Source of the DNA: a virus
Lineage: Duplodnaviria > Heunggongvirae > Uroviricota > Caudoviricetes
Length of the DNA: 10,693 nucleotides
Strand: one strand, 5' to 3'
Virus record (IMG/VR): IMGVR_UViG_2585427787_000010
The notes beneath the pieces were generated by a model, which made no database searches, was not told the DNA's origin, and saw nothing but the letters and a program-made list of their open reading frames with translations. Below are positions 7,174-10,693 of the stretch, in pieces. The position numbers and the translations under genes were made by a program. Positions within the stretch are counted from its first letter, which is position 1. The number at the start of each line of letters is the position of its first letter.

Positions 7174-8244
7174 ATGGCTAACGCCTGGCTCAGATTATGG
7201 CATGACATGCCAAATGACCCTAAGTGGCGAACAATTGCCAGGGTGTCAGGGCAGCCAATTGCAACAGTGATGGCAGTGTATATCCACCTCCTGGTGAGCG
7301 CGTCACGAAATGTCACGCGAGGTCACATTGATGTCACGACAGAAGATTTGGCAAGTGCGCTCGACGTGACAGAAGAGGTAATTGATTCAATTTTGCAGAC
7401 GATGCAGGGGCGGGTACTTGATGGTGATTTAATCACTGGATGGGAAAAACGCCAGGTGCTTAAAGAGGACAACGGCAATATTTCGCAAACCGCAAAATCT
7501 CCTGCAGAGCGCAAGAGGGCGCAGCGAGAGAGGGAAAGAAAGCGGGAACAAAATGGCGATTGTCACGGCGCGTCACGAAATGTCACGCACATGTCACGAC
7601 GAGTCACGACAGATAAAGATACAGATAAAGATACAGATCAAGAAGATCAAAACACTATGGTCCATGGCGTAAAAAACGCCACGAACCAGGCAGGGGATGT
7701 TCAGACCGTCAATCCTGGTCAGCCAGCAGGCACGACACCGGAAGCCGATTCAGCGTATGCGCTGAAAGCCGATTCGGGCGCTGTGCAGCAGGTGATGACC
7801 GCAAGGCCGGAGCAATCACACCAACTGCAGCAGCCTGAAGCCGATTCCGCCATTCAGCGGGAAGCCGATCGGGTAGTCCCGGAAAACACCGGGCAGCCTG
7901 TGAGACGAGTGGATTATCCGGATGTGTTCGAACAGGTCTGGCGGGAATACCCGTTGCGTGCTGGGGCAAACCCGAAGAAATCCGCTTTCAGTGCCTGGAA
8001 GGCCAGATTACGCGAGGGGGTGTCACCAGAGGCCATGCTGGATGGCGTGAGGCGTTACGCAAGATACCTTGCGGCTACCGGGAAAACGGGAACGGAATTT
8101 GTTCAGCGAGCGACGACGTTTTTTGGACCGGACCGGAATTTTGAAAACCCCTGGCTGCTCCCGGTAAGCGGCACGAACAACCAGCGTTGTGTGAATCATA
8201 TTTCTGAACCGGATACCGAAATTCCACCGGGCTTCAGGGGGTAA
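7174..8244 (+). CDS. Replication initiator / replisome organiser (lambda O-like role; YdaU/DUF1376-like), about 356 aa from ATG 7174
   Basis: SD AGAGG 5 nt before the ATG at 7174 (the ORF track starts at a GTG at 7168). N-terminus ANAWLRLWHDMPNDPKWRTIA is typical of phage replication organisers. The gene contains two clusters of GTCACG iterons plus an AT-rich repeat, as lambda ori sits inside O. It follows the immunity region. Confidence 0.75.
   Translation: MANAWLRLWHDMPNDPKWRTIARVSGQPIATVMAVYIHLLVSASRNVTRGHIDVTTEDLASALDVTEEVIDSILQTMQGRVLDGDLITGWEKRQVLKEDNGNISQTAKSPAERKRAQRERERKREQNGDCHGASRNVTHMSRRVTTDKDTDKDTDQEDQNTMVHGVKNATNQAGDVQTVNPGQPAGTTPEADSAYALKADSGAVQQVMTARPEQSHQLQQPEADSAIQREADRVVPENTGQPVRRVDYPDVFEQVWREYPLRAGANPKKSAFSAWKARLREGVSPEAMLDGVRRYARYLAATGKTGTEFVQRATTFFGPDRNFENPWLLPVSGTNNQRCVNHISEPDTEIPPGFRG
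7298..7342. repeat. Iteron cluster 1: four GTCAC(G/A) repeats at about 10-11 bp spacing, inside the replication gene
   Basis: GTCACG at 7302, 7312 and 7333, with a GTCACA variant at 7322; the first 21 bp (gcgcgtcacgaaatgtcacgc) are identical to the start of cluster 2. Confidence 0.7.
7561..7650. repeat. Iteron cluster 2 (five GTCACG repeats) followed by an AT-rich tandem repeat (gataaagataca x2); candidate origin of replication
   Basis: GTCACG at 7562, 7572, 7582, 7593 and 7604, spaced about one helical turn apart; immediately followed by agataaagatacagataaagatacagatcaagaagatcaa (7611-7650). Confidence 0.7.
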
Positions 8245-8284
8245 GTGTTGATTTCTGGTCATGAGGTAATTTTCAGGAGGACTT

Positions 8285-8707
8285 GTGGCAAAAGTTTTTA
8301 CACAAGAAGAGCGGGAAAAAATTAAAGGGCAGGTTGTTGAACTCGTACGCCAGAGTGGGCGCGAGACGTTACGACAACTGGAAACTAAAACTGGGGCAAC
8401 AAGATATCTGATGAGCGTTCTGGCCAGAGAGCTGGTTGCCAGTGGCGATGTATACAACTCTGGTTACGGGTTATTCCCGTCTGAACAGGCGCGTAAGGAC
8501 TGGCAAAATGCCCGTAAAAAGCTCTCAAGGGCAAAGCTGAAGAAACCATCTGCGGTTGATCCGGACCTTATCTGGTCATTACCTGACGGAGAAATACGTC
8601 GCTACGACAGGCGTCAGAACATAATCTGTCGCGAGTGCCGGAAGAGTGAGGTTATGCAGCGAGTGCTGGCGTTTTATCAGGGTAATTTTCAGGAGGTGAT
8701 GGCGTGA
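8285..8707 (+). CDS. Ren-like protein (140 aa); lambda Ren family, tentative
   Basis: GTG start 4-5 nt after AGGAGG; C-terminal RECRKSEVMQRVLAFYQG resembles lambda Ren ..KECRQSAAMKRVLAVYG.. as recalled; HTH-like N-terminal segment; sits after the replication gene where lambda has ren. Confidence 0.5.
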   Translation: MAKVFTQEEREKIKGQVVELVRQSGRETLRQLETKTGATRYLMSVLARELVASGDVYNSGYGLFPSEQARKDWQNARKKLSRAKLKKPSAVDPDLIWSLPDGEIRRYDRRQNIICRECRKSEVMQRVLAFYQGNFQEVMA

Positions 8708-9000
8708 GAGTGAGAGTCTATATCGCCGGTCCAATGACCGGGTATAAAAATTTCAACCGTGAGGCGTTTCACAATGCGGAAGAGGAACTGAAACGGGAAG
8801 GGCATACCGTTTTAAATCCGGCTGTGCTTCCGGATGGGCTGACACAGCCGCACTACATGGATATTTGCATGGCAATGATTCGTTGTGTGGATGCGATTTA
8901 CATGCTGAAAGGCTGGCAGCGGTCAGCAGGTGCTAAGGCAGAACTGGCGCTGGCGGAGAAACTGGGGCATGCAGTTATTTTCCAGGAGGAGGTACAGTGA
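8704..9000 (+). CDS. DUF4406-like protein, nucleoside 2-deoxyribosyltransferase-like fold (98 aa)
   Basis: N-terminal VYIAGPMTG motif and ...VLNPA...DAIYMLKGWQRSAGAKAELALAEKLG pattern are typical of the DUF4406 / deoxyribosyltransferase-like family. GTG start overlaps the upstream stop (GTGA), indicating translational coupling. Confidence 0.7.
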   Translation: MRVRVYIAGPMTGYKNFNREAFHNAEEELKREGHTVLNPAVLPDGLTQPHYMDICMAMIRCVDAIYMLKGWQRSAGAKAELALAEKLGHAVIFQEEVQ

Positions 9001-9323
9001 ATATCGACGCAACAATGACGATTGGTACGGCCCTCAATACGGGGCTGGCGCTTCTTGGTTGGTGCTACATCATGTTCTGCTCATGGCGGTGGCTGTCACT
9101 GATGTTACTGAAAGAATGGAATAAACGCTGTAAACAGACGCAGCGGCAGAAGGCAATGAATGCGTTTTTTGAGACCTTCGATATTGACAGTATAGAACCA
9201 GGAGAGCCAGCTCGCGTGATTAGCAGAGGTGACGTTGTAATTCTTGTATACCGGAGTGAAGAGAAAGCAGTAACCGGCTCATTTAAACCGTCTGGTCTGT
9301 TTCCTCCGGCTCTACAAAAATAA
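8997..9323 (+). CDS. Small membrane protein (108 aa) with one N-terminal transmembrane helix
   Basis: GTG start overlapping the upstream stop, after GGAGGAGG; hydrophobic stretch IGTALNTGLALLGWCYIMFCSW; a hairpin (tgtccat-N8-atggaca) lies just after the stop. Confidence 0.55.
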   Translation: MNIDATMTIGTALNTGLALLGWCYIMFCSWRWLSLMLLKEWNKRCKQTQRQKAMNAFFETFDIDSIEPGEPARVISRGDVVILVYRSEEKAVTGSFKPSGLFPPALQK

Positions 9324-10000
9324 TGTCCATCATTTTTAATGGACACTATCGTATGAAACACCGGACCTGGATCACTGAAGCTTTACGTCTTCACTTTGAA
9401 GAACATTTACCCCGGGTTGTGGCCGGGCGTCGCCTGGGTGTACCAAAATCAACAGTTTGTAGTATGTTCGTGCGCTTTCGGAGAGCTGGCCTTTCGTGGC
9501 CTTTGCCCGCAGGCATGTCGGAGCAGGAACTTGATGCCTGCCTTTACGGACAATTTTCCACGGTACCAGTCGTACGTCCTGAAAGCACCGTTATATCCGA
9601 AGCCCCCGTGGTAAAAAAACGTCCCCGGCGGCCCAACTTCCCTTATGAGTTTAAAATCGCCTTAGTGGAGCAGTCACTGCAGCCCGGAGCCTGTGTGGCG
9701 CAGATCGCCCGGGAAAACGGAATCAACGATAACCTGCTCTTCAACTGGCGCCATCAATACCGGAAAGGTGGCCTGCTGCCTTCCGGAAAAAATATGCCGG
9801 CACTGCTTCCCGTGACGTTAACGCCGGAGCCGGATAATAAAATCCCGGCCCCCGCACAGGAACCAGAGCAGATAAATACACCGTCCGACAGTCTGTGTTG
9901 TGAGCTGGTTCTGCCGGCCGGAACTCTCAGGCTTAAAGGTAAACTGACGCCGGCGTTATTACAGACACTTATCCGCGAAATAAAAGGGAGCAGCCACTGA
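9323..10000 (+). CDS. tnpA: IS66-family TnpA (orf1)-like protein; true start uncertain (the N-terminal ~90 codons may belong to a different, disrupted gene or be an extension)
   Basis: C-terminal two-thirds (..KKRPRRPNFPYEFKIALVEQSLQPGACVAQIARENGINDNLLFNWRHQYRKG..) has the HTH-transposase pattern typical of IS66 orf1. The N-terminal part (RLHF...GLSWPLP...) looks like a separate IS21-IstA-like HTH. A possible GTG start at 9608 has no clear SD. Confidence 0.6.
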   Translation: MSIIFNGHYRMKHRTWITEALRLHFEEHLPRVVAGRRLGVPKSTVCSMFVRFRRAGLSWPLPAGMSEQELDACLYGQFSTVPVVRPESTVISEAPVVKKRPRRPNFPYEFKIALVEQSLQPGACVAQIARENGINDNLLFNWRHQYRKGGLLPSGKNMPALLPVTLTPEPDNKIPAPAQEPEQINTPSDSLCCELVLPAGTLRLKGKLTPALLQTLIREIKGSSH

Positions 10001-10347
10001 TGATATCTCTCCCTGCAGGTTCGCGTATCTGGCTGGTTGCAGGTATCACCGATATGCGAAATGGCTTTAACGGCCTGGCATCAAAAGTTCAGAACGTCCT
10101 GAAGGATGACCCGTTCTCCGGACACCTGTTCATCTTCCGCGGACGCCGGGGTGACCAGATAAAAGTGTTGTGGGCTGACAGTGACGGACTGTGCCTCTTC
10201 ACCAAACGCCTGGAGCGGGGCCGCTTCGTCTGGCCAGCCACCCGTGACGGCAAGGTGCACCTTACTCCGGCTCAGTTATCCATGCTTCTTGAAGGTATCA
10301 ACTGGAAGCACCCGAAACGAACGGAACGCGCTGGAATCCGCATATAA
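10000..10347 (+). CDS. tnpB: IS66-family accessory protein TnpB (orf2), 115 aa
   Basis: MISLPAGSRIWLVAGITDMRNGFNGLA...HLFIFRGRRGDQIKVLWADSDGLCLFTKRLE is characteristic of IS66 Orf2; its start overlaps the TnpA stop (TGATG). Confidence 0.9.
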   Translation: MISLPAGSRIWLVAGITDMRNGFNGLASKVQNVLKDDPFSGHLFIFRGRRGDQIKVLWADSDGLCLFTKRLERGRFVWPATRDGKVHLTPAQLSMLLEGINWKHPKRTERAGIRI

Positions 10348-10366
10348 CCCGTTGTAAAGTGAGGAT

Positions 10367-10693
10367 ATGGACACCTCACTTGCTCATGAGAACGCCCGCC
10401 TGCGGGCACTGTTGCAGACGCAACAGGACACCATCCGCCAGATGGCTGAATACAACCGCCTGCTCTCACAGCGGGTGGCGGCTTATGCTTCCGAAATCAA
10501 CCGGCTGAAGGCGCTGGTTGCGAAACTGCAACGTATGCAGTTCGGTAAAAGCTCAGAAAAACTTCGTGCAAAAACCGAACGGCAGATACAGGAAGCACAG
10601 GAGCGAATCAGCGCACTTCAGGAAGAAATGGCGGAAACGCTGGGTGAGCAATATGACCCGGTACTGCCATCCGCCCTGCGCCAGTCTTCAGCC
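10367..10693 (+). CDS. tnpC: IS66-family transposase TnpC (orf3), N-terminal 109 codons only (truncated by the window edge)
   Basis: ATG at 10367 after GTGAGGA; MDTSLAHENARLRALLQTQQD...LKALVAKLQRMQFGKSSEKL is the leucine-zipper N-terminus typical of IS66 transposases; the ORF is open to the end of the window. Confidence 0.85.
   Translation, partial: MDTSLAHENARLRALLQTQQDTIRQMAEYNRLLSQRVAAYASEINRLKALVAKLQRMQFGKSSEKLRAKTERQIQEAQERISALQEEMAETLGEQYDPVLPSALRQSSA

Larger units (their letters stand above)
9324..10693 (+). mobile_element. IS66-family insertion sequence, partial (tnpA-tnpB-tnpC; right end outside the window; left boundary unresolved, somewhere in about 9320-9610)
   Basis: Canonical three-ORF IS66 organisation: HTH TnpA-like ORF, 115-aa TnpB with ATGA overlap, then the N-terminal leucine-zipper region of the large transposase running off the window. 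No terminal inverted repeat could be located with certainty. Confidence 0.8.

Noticed and set aside
6646-7514. ORFs 6646-6837 (minus), 6804-6986 (plus), 7113-7316 (minus) and 7323-7514 (minus)
   Set aside because: They are shadow frames within or antisense to the YdaT-like and replication genes.
7709-8457. Minus-strand ORFs 7709-7969 and 8023-8457
   Set aside because: They are antisense to the replication gene and Ren-like gene; Arg/Pro-rich translations with no start context.
8930-9614. ORFs 8930-9124 (plus), 9065-9361 (minus) and 9396-9614 (plus)
   Set aside because: They are alternative frames overlapping the DUF4406-like gene, the membrane-protein gene and the TnpA-like ORF.
10272-10469. 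Minus-strand ORF across the tnpB/tnpC junction
   Set aside because: It is antisense to well-supported IS66 genes; likely spurious.

Overview
This window reads as the left arm of a lambdoid (Rac/Qin-like) prophage from an enterobacterium, cut short at the right by an IS66-family insertion sequence. Leftward-transcribed genes run from a DicA/RacR-like repressor through small early genes, a DicF-like sRNA, a 73-aa ORF at the dicB/kilR position, a large two-domain exonuclease, excisionase and integrase. Rightward genes are a Cro/DicC/YdaS-like regulator, a YdaT-like protein, a replication initiator with internal iteron clusters (candidate ori), a Ren-like protein, a DUF4406-like protein and a small membrane protein. 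The most interesting candidate is an AT-rich island (about 4800-5400) with two convergent, 3'-overlapping small genes of unknown function, one antisense inside the early operon at the position where Rac carries sieB. All calls rest on reading the sequence and recalled family knowledge; no searches were run.
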